From Podarcis vaucheri (lineage: Eukaryota): 64,000 bases of DNA. A program made the position numbers and the translations under genes. This document shows positions 23,168 to 34,900 of the stretch, one piece after another (within the stretch, counting starts at the first letter, position 1; every line of letters starts with the position of its first letter). The stretch lies in the NCBI GenBank assembly GCA_965113315.1, contig OZ220365.1; one strand, 5' to 3'. Below the pieces are notes generated by a model. It saw only the letters and a program-made list of their open reading frames with translations. It did no database searches and was not told the origin of the DNA.

Positions 23168-23231
23168 GAATTAAACATTTGCGTGCATACCAATAATTTT
23201 AAATCCATTTCTTGTCTAGCAGGATTGCAAG
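23168..23231 (+). other. BCLAF1: BCLAF1 non-coding exon 2 (64 nt)
   Basis: T-rich tract then aaacag| acceptor and strong AAG|GTAAGC donor, between exon 1 and the ATG exon. Confidence 0.65.
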
Positions 23232-23298
23232 GTAAGCTAAATACTTAGCTATTTTAAATATTTTTAAGACCATTAACATTAAAAAAATATTTTTAATA

Positions 23299-23562
23299 CA
23301 GTGGTGCCTCGCAAGACGAAATTAATTCGTTCCATGAGTCTTTTCGTCTTGCGATGTTTTTCGTCTTGCGAAGCACGGTCTGTCGCAACTGCGCCTCTTC
23401 AAGTGGCTTTGAGAAAAAAGCGAACAAACTCGCAAGACGTTTTTGTCTTGCGAAGCAAGCCCATAGGGAAATTCGTCTTGCGAAGCAGCTCAAAATACGC
23501 AAAACCCTTTCGTTTAGCGAGTTTTTCGTCTTGCGAGGCATTCGTCTTGCGGGGCACCACTG
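23299..23562. mobile_element. Tc1/mariner (pogo/Tigger-like) MITE
   Basis: TIRs CAGTGGTGCCTCGCAAGACGAA / TTCGTCTTGCGGGGCACCACTG, TA on both sides, repeated internal TTCGTCTTGCG. Confidence 0.85.
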
Positions 23563-23988
23563 TATTTTGTTGGAAGCTGCCCAGAGTGGCTGAGGAAACC
23601 CAGCCAGATGTGCCGGGTATAAATAATTTGTTGCTGTTGTTATTTTATTAAACTATATCATTTATAGTTTCATTTGGGGGGATGGAGACAGCTTGCTGGA
23701 ATCCATCTGTCTCAAGAGACAATGGAGTGCATCTCCAGGGGTGAATTCAAACCTCTGGAGAATCACAGGACCTGCTGTGGCTACAGAGATTGGTACTTTG
23801 TAACTTCTCCCACCTACATTGTTTTTGCTGCGTTAGGAGCACCAAAGTGAACTCTCTGGTGGTGCAAACCTGGACAGTGTGTGTGGAGATCCTGAATTGC
23901 CTAGACGACAAGACCCCCCCCCTTCACCCACACTAATGTGATCCAAAGGAAAGCAGAGCAATACATTTGGCACCAGCTTGGTTGCTGT

Positions 23989-24350
23989 GGGACGTGGGTG
24001 GCGCTGTGGGTAAAACCTCAGTGCCTAGGACTTGCCGATCGTATGGTCGGCGGTTCGAATCCCTGTGGCGGGGTGAGCTCCCGTCGTTCGGTCCCAGCTC
24101 CTACCCACCTAGCAGTTCGAAAGCACCCCTAAGTGCAAGTAGATAAATAGGTACCGCTTTATAGCGGGAAGGTAAACAGCGTTCCGTGCGCTGCGCTGGT
24201 GCTGGCTCACCAGAGCAGCTTTGTCACGCTGGCCACGTGACCCGGAAGTGTCTTCAGACAGCACTGGCTCCCGGCCTCTTAGGCGAGATGAGCACGCAAC
24301 CCCAGAGTCGGTCACGACTGGCCCGTACGGGCAGGGGTACCTTTACCTTT
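23989..24350 (+). mobile_element. Full-length Sauria SINE with 9-bp TSD
   Basis: GGGACGTGGGTGGCGCTGTGG head, GGTTCGAATCC B box, AGTAGATAAATAGGTACC core, ACCTTTACCTTT tail; TTGGTTGCT at 23978-23986 and 24349-24357. Confidence 0.9.
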
Positions 24351-25803
24351 GGTTGCTAGAGGTGCCAGAACGAGGCATGCAAGATGCCATCCAATTGCCT
24401 TAGGGACTCCACTTCATATTTGTGTAGGGTTTAGTCCTTAGCTCTGGTAGTACCTCTGGTGGGGGGCACATCATGCTCCTTCTGGGGTAGTTTCTCCACC
24501 TTTGGTCCCCACCCTGAACTCAGTTCTCACCTGTGACTCCTAAAATTTATCTGCATGAGACACCCTGGAAATGGCTTCAACTAACTGGGTAAACCAGGTG
24601 AAGGTAGCCAATGGGTCTCAAACCCTCAGTGAGTTAGGGAGTTCCCCTGCATGTGAATTAAACATAAGGATTAAACTATTGGTGGATGCCTAACCCTTGT
24701 GTGAAGGAGCAATATGTCCAGTGTTACTGTGATCCAGTGTGTTTTTCATAATAAGTAATAATAATGTTTTAAATAATGGTACTAATTTATTAAAGTGGCT
24801 GTAAACTTTTTCCTTTTGGTCCTTATTTCTCGACATTTATAACTTTTAAAATCCAATATATTCAGATCTCTAAAATTCCAAATTTCAGCAATTTCAGATT
24901 AGATCTCAGTTATCATTTCTTCAACCCAAACTCGGCATAGATTGGTAAATTGGAATGAAGATGGCTGTTTTGACTTTTATTGTCAAATAATGACTTAAAG
25001 TGTTGCCTTTGTTTAAAAGGAAAGTAAAATGACTTGGTTGAATTACTGAATGCATTAGGCAGGTTACATGAAAACAGCCAAATTTTCAAGTATGGAGGAA
25101 AGCTAGGAAAGAAAGGAAAATTATATTTTTCTGTCTGTTCTGAGTTAGCTATTTTGTCTTTTGGTTTTTTTGTTTTTGCTTTTCATTGAATATGAGCTAC
25201 TAAAATATATTAATGAGATAGCTCTTGCCTTGGCTGTCATATTTATACTGTATTGCAGTACTTCAGTGATGGGGAATACACCAGTGATGACTTTGTTCAT
25301 TGAAGTCTATGTTACTAGTCTGTTTTGATCTAGCTATGTTAGTACAAAAAGAATTGGTGTTTTGAGTGACTTTCTGAGTTATGGATCAAAGGTAGATCTT
25401 TGGGGTAAAGAACAGTAGAGTAGTTAGTGACTATTTTTAGTTCAATATAGACAAGGATAAATGAAAGTTTTTTTTTAATCAAGAAAGGAACAGCACACAC
25501 ACAAAAATGCATAAGCATTAAATGTATTCAGTGTGAATATTGAAAGAATAGTTGACATTTTTGTTCCCTGTTACCTATAGTGCTTTCCACTGATCTTTGC
25601 CATGATGTGGAACAGAATGTTTGAGGAGATTAGTGATAATTTGAAAAGTTTTTTTGGAAGAGTGGGATGGCTTTTTCTTGAATTTTTTTTTTAAAAAAAC
25701 ATAATTTACCGCTATCCATATATGAATTGATTATCCTGAAACTAAGGTAATGTGTTTCAATTTACTATTTTCTATTTGGTAGGTGTAAGCTACTGGGGGG
25801 AAA

Positions 25804-25907
25804 ATGGGTCGCTCTAACACTAGATCACATTCTTCAAGATCAAAATCCAGATCACAGTCGAGTTCAAGGTCAAGATCCAGATCACACTCTAGAAAAAAGA
25901 GATACAG
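25804..25907 (+). CDS. BCLAF1: BCLAF1 first coding exon
   Basis: Acceptor at 25782, ATG 25804, donor AG|GTACAT. Confidence 0.95.
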
Positions 25908-28900
25908 GTACATTTCTTCCATTTATCAACTTTCTCCGTGGTATAGTTCTTTAAAAACATTTGAAAGACAGACTTTATTATCAGCAGAAATTTGAAATGA
26001 ATGCTAAGAATCACATCATAGCTTAAGTGCTGTTTTGAGAAGATTCAACTGATTTTAGAAGACATTTTTTGCTTTGTCTACTGAAGCTTGTAGGCTACTG
26101 TTGAGTGTGGAGTAGTTGTACAGAGGATGTACAGGACTTAATGCTTATAGCAGATGAAATGTCAAGAAAGAAATGCCTATAAACAAGAGAAACCAAGGGA
26201 ATTAGTTGCTCTGATTCTTTACCCTGACTCTCCCCAGCCAGCTCCCATCATATAAACAGAAAGAGTAGCTAGCTGCACATTTCTTTGAGGGAGAGCTTCT
26301 ATATTTTATTCCATTGACAGAGCACTTTGAACCTCAAAGGCTGCCGTTCAGAGTGCCTCCTGATCTTAATGGAGTTACTTGGGGGCAGGGGTGTCTCTGG
26401 GCCATGCCACTGTACATAATATGGGTAACTCTTATTTTAGAAGAGTCATAAACTATGGGCACTAACATTTCTATTTATCTTAGTTCTAGGTCTCGGTCTA
26501 GGACGTACTCACGATCTCGCAGTAGAGATCGTGTTTATAATAGAGATTACCGCAGAGATTACAGAAATAATAGAGGAATGAGACGCCCCTATGGCTATAG
26601 AGGAAGAGGTAGAGGATATTATCCAGGAGGTGGAGGTAGATACCACCGTGGAGGTTACAGACCTGTTTGGAATAGAAGACACTCTCGAAGCCCTAGACGA
26701 GGTCGCTCACGTTCTAGAAGTCCAAAGAGAAGGTCAGTCTCTTCCCAGAGATCTCGGAGCAGATCTCGCCGATCCTACAGATCTTCCAGGTCTCCAAGAT
26801 CCTCTTCATCTCGGTCTTCATCTCCATATAGCAAGTCTCCTGTATCTTCTAAAAGACGTGGGTCATCAGAAAAGCAAGCAAAGAAAACGGAGGGAGCTGC
26901 TTTACAAGACAGTCCATTAAAAAATAAATCACAAGAGGAGGAGAAGGGTGCATTTGAACATGATCCTTCTGAGGCACTAGATGATTTCAGTAAATCTGCA
27001 GCAGCTTCAGGTGATATTTGGCCTGGCCTTTCAGCATATGATAACAGTCCAAGGTCTCCCCATAGTCTTTCTATTGCTTCCCCACCTAGTCAGAGTTCCT
27101 CATGCTCTGATGCCCACTTACTCAGCACAGTCCACTCAGCAAAAAACACACCTCAGCACTCACATTCCATTCAACATAGCCCTGAGAGGTCTGGGTCTGG
27201 CTCCCTTGGAAATGGCTCTAGTCGCTATAGCCCTTCCCAGAATAGCCCACTGCATCACATTCCTTCAAGGAGAAGTCCTGCTAAAGCAGTTGCATCGCAG
27301 AATGCTCCACGTGAGGAATCTCGGATACGTTCATTTTATCCTGAAGCTGGGGATCAAGAAAGTACAAAGGGTGCAAAATTTCTGAAAAGGTAGGAACCGT
27401 AACTACAAAAATAAAGATAGCATAAATAGTACAGTAAGCATACTTCTTTATACATGTATATTGTGCAATGAAAAGTACCTGAATTTTCTCTAATTTTATG
27501 CTGGTTATACTTAGGTTCTGACTTAGGAATGTATACATGAACTTTTCATTGTTTCTCAGTCAGAGCTGTAAATATACGTTTTCATTAGTATGTTACAGTG
27601 TCTTCATTGGAAGCAATTAAAGAATAAATACACTGCAGATTAATGTGTATTGAGAGTTCTGTTAAGAGAGTGATTTTCCCATACTTTTTATAGCTTTAAT
27701 AAGAGTTGCTCTAGCAGTGTTAAGCAGTAGTGCTGAAAGATCCTTTTGTCTTGGTAAAGGAAATACCATTGTGGTGGCCCAGATTTTTCAAAATTGCAAG
27801 ATTGTATCTATCTTCAGTAGAGAAACATAATTTGTTAAATTTAAACTGGACATTGGCAACTTTCTAGCTGACAAGGTTCTCACCTTTGTTTATAATGTAT
27901 CTGTAGAACTGAACATAGCAGTAACCATTTATGCAATGTTGTGTCTTTTAAAAACGAAATAACCAGTTGGAAATCTGTTTATCGGAGCTCTGCAGGATAG
28001 ATAGCACAATTCTGTTCACTTCTCAAATTACTGAATATATCTTCGGAAATATATATTTTTTTATAAAGGAAAATTTTTCTATTTGCTTAGTAATATATAA
28101 TAAATGGCATACAAATATCGTAGAAGATTACAAATGAAATAGACTAGGGGGCTAGATGTACTTTTAATATATAGGAGAGACTAAAAATCACATTGTATTG
28201 CTTCAGTAACTGCTTTGGCAAATGCCTTGCAATTTATTGTATCCAAATTGTGAGTGTGTTCTACTATGTAAGCAGTGTAAGAAGACATTTTATAAGCTGT
28301 TTTTTTACAGTGTTATATGCTCTGAACTTCTGGAATTAAATGGGATACAGATACTGTATTTGTGCTGAAATGTATTTAAGAAAAATAATGATTTGTAAAA
28401 GAGAGCAGTTTTCTTACAAGATAAAGTAGGCACAAGAAATAGTTAAAAAATCTGAAGAGCCACTGAAGAATCTCATCAGTCAATATATAAAAAACGTTAT
28501 AATTGTGTAATTAAATTTGTTTGCTTTGGTACTCATTTTGTGGAGTTGGGATGCCATAAGGATAAATGCTACAAACTGAAATGAAAGCAGTTGGGAGTTA
28601 TTCTCCTCTTCTTTGCCATCCACAGGTACACAGATGAAGAGTCTAGAGTATACCTGCTTGATAGGAGTAATGCTAGGGAGAAAGATGGTCAGAAGGAGAG
28701 AGGGCTAGAAAAAGGGAGGACAGAGGGAGAGAGAGAGTGGGAGGACCAAGAAGCTTTGGAATATTATATGGATAAAGAATCTGGAAAACAAAAATTTAAT
28801 GACTCTGAAGGGGAGGACACAGAGGAGACTGAAGATTATAGACAGTTCAGAAAGTCTGTTTTGGCAGATCAGGGTAAGGGCTTTGCTGCATCTCACCGGA

Positions 28901-31900
28901 ATGCTGAGGAGGAAAGCTCAAAGTATAAATCTAAAATCTCTCTAAAGGCAAACAGAGAAAGTGAAGGATTTAGAGAAGATAAAAGTTACAAGCTTAAAGA
29001 CACAACTAGCTATGTAGTGGAGAGGCCTAGTGCACTAAAAGATAAGCACAAGGAAGATGAGAAAGTATCTGAGAGAATGATGAAGAAAGAAAACCAATCA
29101 CCTGAGCAGGTAAAGTCTGAGAAGCTCAAAGAACTCTTTGATTATAGTCCTCCCCTGCACAAGAATTTGGATGCAAGAGAGAAATCTACTTTCAGGGAGG
29201 AGAGCCCACTTAGGATCAAAATGATAGCCAGTGATTCTCATCGACCTGAAGTTAAACTTAAAATGGCACCTGTACCACTTGATGATTCAAACAGGTAATT
29301 ATCTGAATTTGTAACAGTTTTCACTTATCCATAAAGGAATTGCTTTTCATAATTTTTTATTCTTCTTTTTGTGTTATGCACATTAGACCTGCTTCCCTGA
29401 CTAAAGACAGGCTGCTTGCTAGTACACTTGTCCATTCAGTCAAGAAGGAACAAGAATTCCGATCCATCTTTGACCACATTAAGCTACCACAGGCCAGCAA
29501 AAGCACATCAGAGTCATTTATTCAGCACATTGTGTCCTTAGTTCATCATGTCAAAGGTATGCTTTGAATTTGCCATACAAAGTGAGCATCACATGGCACT
29601 AGGAAAGTGACGGTGAAGTCAGTCCATTGGGAAATTCAGCCCTTTTGTGTTCAAGTAGACTTCATGCTTTCCTCTTATGGTTATATAACATTCAGCATTC
29701 TAGGAAATGGATATGTAGATTTTGATGCATAGTTTTAGAGAAGCTTTGGCAGATGTTACTTAAATTATTCCTCTTTTCCCTGGATTCAGATGAAAAGGAG
29801 AAGGAAATGAGATGGAGATTAAAGAGATGTGTAGGACAGAGAAATGGGAAAAGATGGGGATAATAGAGGTGAGAGAGCAGATAGTGTTAAGGGATACAGA
29901 GTGAAAAGATGGGGGTGACAGAAATTGAGCTGCAGAGACCCTTGTAGGTTGGGAGGAAATACTAAAAAGAGGGTTAACTGAGAAACAAAGGTTCAGGTGG
30001 AAAGATGAGTATGTGCTATGATGTACAGAGCAACCTAGTTAGAGATGACTAAATAAAGTGCTGGCATAAAATTGTGGGAAATATAGTGGTTTCCTAATAA
30101 GAAAGTGGCCCTCGGGGTGATTTGAGTTGTGTACCTCTGGCATAGGCCAGTCTCTTGCATCTAATTGTGTGCATGTGTATCTGATACAGTTACAACTTGC
30201 TGAGATTTCATCTGGTCTTGAATAATTTTGGTTTGCACTACATGTCAACTTAATATAACAGAGAAATACAGCATAACTTCTTTTTAGTTAAGTCTCCTTG
30301 ATCCTTACTGTCACACTCCAGTAGGAATTCTGTAGTGACAAATTAAGTCATCCTAATGTCAATATGTAGTGGAACTAAGTGCACTGCTGACTAAATAGCC
30401 TTGCATAGGTGTAAGTGTTTGTTTTTCAACTTACAGCCAGAAGTTGGGTCTCCTGCTCCAGTGTAAGGAACTTGGGCAGTCCATTTATATCTGGGTAGGC
30501 CTTGGATGGTACCCAAAGGGCAGAGATTGGCATGGGAGTGTGAAGTTAGTTGTCCTTAGGTACCTGTACAGGGCTGAACTTCAAAATCATTAGTTGTTTG
30601 GGAATCCAAAGACACACAGCATTGCATAGCCCCAGTGGGCAAATGGAATGCATGCTCCTCTCCATAGTTGCATACTTGATATTTTGAGATGAATATGAAT
30701 AATGCCATATAAAATTCCCCAGTGTGCCCCCTCCATAGTCCCATTAACACTCTGGGTGACCTCCATTGTCATGTGAATGGACTTCCACTTGCTCAATGGG
30801 ACTTCCCATTTCTCCTCTCCACCGTGTTGCCCTCTGCAGATCTTCTCTGAAAGGTCTCTGAACCATCAAGCAGATTTGAGGGGCATGGGAGCTAAAAGTG
30901 GGAAGAGAGGAAGGGGAAGTTTGATTGTACAAAGAAATATATGACACAGTTGGAACTGTAGTCTTGGATGTTACCCTTTCTGTGCATACACTATGGGTAA
31001 GAGCAATCTTATGTCACTTGGAAGTACAGGGGGCACAGACAGACATTATAACCCCAGCTTCAGTGCACTGGACCACCTGTAAAGTGAAAGATGGAATGGC
31101 AAGTTGGAGGCCAGACTGCAGTCTAGCTGTTACATGTACAAGGAACAGTGCACTGAAGCCAATTTTAGTTAGATTTTAGTGTGTTAGCACTTTTCTTATT
31201 TTGTAATTAAATGAGTTGCATTTAAATTAGTTATATTTAAAGCTGATTGGGATTGCCTGACTGATTCAAATGATATTCTTCTAGAAATATATATTTAAAG
31301 ACACCCTGGTTACTAATAGATTTCTAAGTTTCTCTTCAAAACGGTGATAGCTCTTACTTGCTAGCTAGAAAGCTGCTATTTGGTGTAGGCAAGTCACAAG
31401 ACTTACCTCCGAATCCAGCAAAACAAAACAAAAGCATCCACGTATGACATTGCTCAGTCATATATTTGAATCAAGCTGGTATTAGAAGGGGAAGATTTTC
31501 AATTGCAGCCAGAGGCATGTGCCTGTGTCTGCAAAACACTAGCTGGATGATTTAAGTATATTATAAGTCTAGAGATGTGATACGTTGGTTTGTTTTCTGT
31601 TGTTAGTCATTGGGGTTTCCCCCCTGGTGAAGTAGGCATCTGGGAAGAGAGCATAGGTAGCTGCCTTAATTTTGGTAAGACTTTTTGTCTATTTAGCCCA
31701 GTATGGTTTTGTTTAACTGACAGGAGCTCAATCAGAGGTCTTTCATGTTACCTACTCCTCTTTTTAACTTGAGAGGACTGGGATTCAATATGGGACCTTG
31801 AGATTGCAAAATATGTGCTTTATTGCTTAACTACAGTTAATTCTCTTATCTAATGTTACTGATATGTATAGCTGTTTTCCTAGCATTTCCACATGCATAT

Positions 31901-34900
31901 ACGTTAGTTTGAGTAGTGGGTCTGCCAAATCTATTGAAGGCACCATCACTCAAGCTCAGCAAATATCAACTGCATGTGACTGCATGATTAAGGACCAGAT
32001 TTTGGGTTGTATTCAATGTAGCACTAATGTGAACATTATGTTGGTGTAAGGATTTCTTCTTGTGCAATGGTATGTTCTTCCCCTGTGGACCCATGAAATC
32101 TGTTCTGGAGTTCCCCCAGCCCTCCAGAGCAGATTTGGGGATGATGGGGGAGAAGAGGGGGGTTTCATTTTGCTATTTCAAGAATGTAGTTAAATACCAC
32201 CCTAAATTTCCTGCTTTATGTTGCTTTTTCTTGAGGAACAGCTAGTTTTGTTATAATAGGAATGAATCATGAAGAATTTCAAAGATGTGAATTTGCTGGT
32301 GAAAATATTGAAAATAACATAGTATATGGACTGATTGACCAGATCTCTAACAGTTATGCAACATGGGCCCAATATTATAATAAAGTTACTAAAAATTCAT
32401 TTTCTTATGCTTTTATTTCTCTCACTGTACTAACTTAGATGTTGCTAATTGTTCATCAAGGGAGGAGCAAACAATTGATTTTTTTGCCTACTATAGGATG
32501 AGATTCAACATGGCAAGAGCCAGCATTTGTTCCCGTAACAAGCCAGCTTCTTCTCCTTCTCTCCCTTGCATGCCCCCAAATCTGCCCTGGCAAGTTGGGG
32601 GACCCTTGAGCAGATTTTGGAGCTGCAAGGAGCTGGAGGGTGGAGAAGAGAAACCAGTAGTCATATTGCATAAGCAGATTTTCTTTATGCAAGTGGGTGT
32701 ACATCATTGGATGTCACCCTTAGAATGAAGTATTTATCTTGGCCTAGATAGAAAGTTACATTTCAGTATGTCTTGTGTTATATTTGTACATCGACTGTGG
32801 TTGTCAGCTGATCTTCTAAACATTTTTTATTCATGCCAATTTGAGAACTGCAAAATAAATCTTAATAAGCTTCCCTACCCAGAAAATGTTTTACCAAATT
32901 ATGAAATCCCTGACATTATGCTAGCTAAAGAGATCATTTAAATTGAATGGTTCCAGTGAATATATAAAATACACAATTTGACCAGATATCACTAATCTGT
33001 GACCAAATTAGTGCTGTGTCTAAATCATAATTTGTTTCCAAAGGTATTTAAATCTTTTTACACACTTGAAAAAACAAAACAAAACCTGTGGATCGAGTTT
33101 TGGTAAAAGCGTAGTAGTAATTTTACATTATTGGTGCAATGCAGCTAGACTAAACAGCTCTTCACTTTCCTAGAGCTGAAAATGCCCAGTGATATTTTCT
33201 TTTTCATTGCAACTAGGTCCTGGAATGTGTTTTGAAATGGCAAAATCCATATTACAAAAGTAAAATAGCTGTTGAAAGATAACAGATGCACAAACAGGCA
33301 AAGTTGAACCTTCTATCTTCCTGGCAAAAATGGCACAAAAACTGAGTTGCTAGCTCAAATTCCTGTGTTTGATGGAATTATGATTGAGGCACTACCCTTG
33401 TAGTGGCCATATCAAGTTTTAATGATTGGTTATGAGAGATGTGCTGGATGTTGGGCGGTAAGTTGATACAGATGTACATTGACCTGTTAAGCGGATAGCT
33501 TGCTTTATTTGTAGCATTTAACAGTCCGTTATAACTTTACACGTGTTTCTATTTTACATTTACATTCAAACATCTGTTGAACTGGTCTTTCAAAATGCAA
33601 TGTGTGTTACTAATTTAATGGTCTTGGGTTAAAAAAAGGAAACTTTAAAATATGCTACCAAGTTTGCCAAGATGCCAGATGTTTAAATATATTCAGCTGT
33701 TAAGGTCTTCATTCTGGTCTGAAAAGAAGTTGTGTTTCTTTTAAGAAAAAAACCTCCCATATCTTTATCTTATATATGTTTACTTAGAAATAAGTCCGAG
33801 TGAATTTAAGAGGGCTTACTCTAATATAAAGGTGTGTAGGGTTACATCATTAATGAAGAACACTTAGCTCTATATGTATCAATTAATTAAATAACCAAAG
33901 AAGCTCTCTTTAAATTTGTAATATTTTCCTCTACAAATACAGCAATGTATTCTGCTCTTCTGGGCACAAAGCAAAAATGTTTGGTAAAAAGAACTGTCTC
34001 CGGCATTAAAAAGTTACGTTTTTTGAATTAGTAGTGGTACTGGGCAGTGTGTATGTGTAGAGAAAATTGTAAAATACAATGGTTACCTGTTGCTGTACTT
34101 TAAGAAAGATGTGGGAACAAATGTTATTTTTGTGTCTTGTATATTTTAAGAATTCATTTGCTTCTTTTACATCCTTGTTTGGTATGATATATATGTGTGT
34201 GTGTGTGTAGTGAAATTAGACAGTATTTGTCCTCTGCAACCAACAGAACAATATTTCAAGTCAGCTGGAATGACCCTAAGTGAGAGGTTCACTGCTTATC
34301 AGAAGTCTACTGAAGAACATAGCACCCGGCAAAAGAGTCCTGAAATACACAGGTGCAGTATTACATAGTTTTCTCTGCTTCTTGCCTAGCTGAAATACTA
34401 GTTACTCTCCAAAAGATAAATAACTTCTTAGTGAACCAATAAGTTCCTTATCTAAAATAGATATGGAGCAGGAATGGAGAAGAAATTATTGGGGGAAATT
34501 GCCAGATCAGTTGTGATACATGCTTAATTGTTAAAGTCTGGTAATAATAGAAAATGTTTCATGAATTGAAAATGTTTCTGTAATAGGACACACTCCTGAC
34601 TGGGTTTTTCTTTCTTTCAAAAAGGCAGGAGGTTGGAGATCTGAAAGTGGGGAATTTAATATGAATCCCTTGTCATGGTTACTTCCTCTTGAGGTTTAGA
34701 TTTCCCCCCTGTGAATGGATGGAGACCTATTGAAATGGGGCTCTGTAGGACTTCTGGTATGTTTGGCACTGCTGTTGAAGCCTTAGTTGCTCTGTAGAAT
34801 ATGGAGATGACTTGGCAGTTGACATCATAGTGCCCAGGTGTCCTTCTCCTTAGCAGAACCTGGGCAGCATTTGGTATATAGCTATACTGATACCTGTTTC

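Noticed and set aside
23299-23562. Regularly spaced TTCGTCTTGCG repeats resembling a CRISPR-like array
   Set aside because: They are internal repeats of a TA-flanked MITE in a vertebrate genome.
26591-27385. Alternative-frame ORFs (109 and 134 aa) inside BCLAF1 exon 4
   Set aside because: Expected by-product of Ser/Arg codon bias; no independent evidence of translation.
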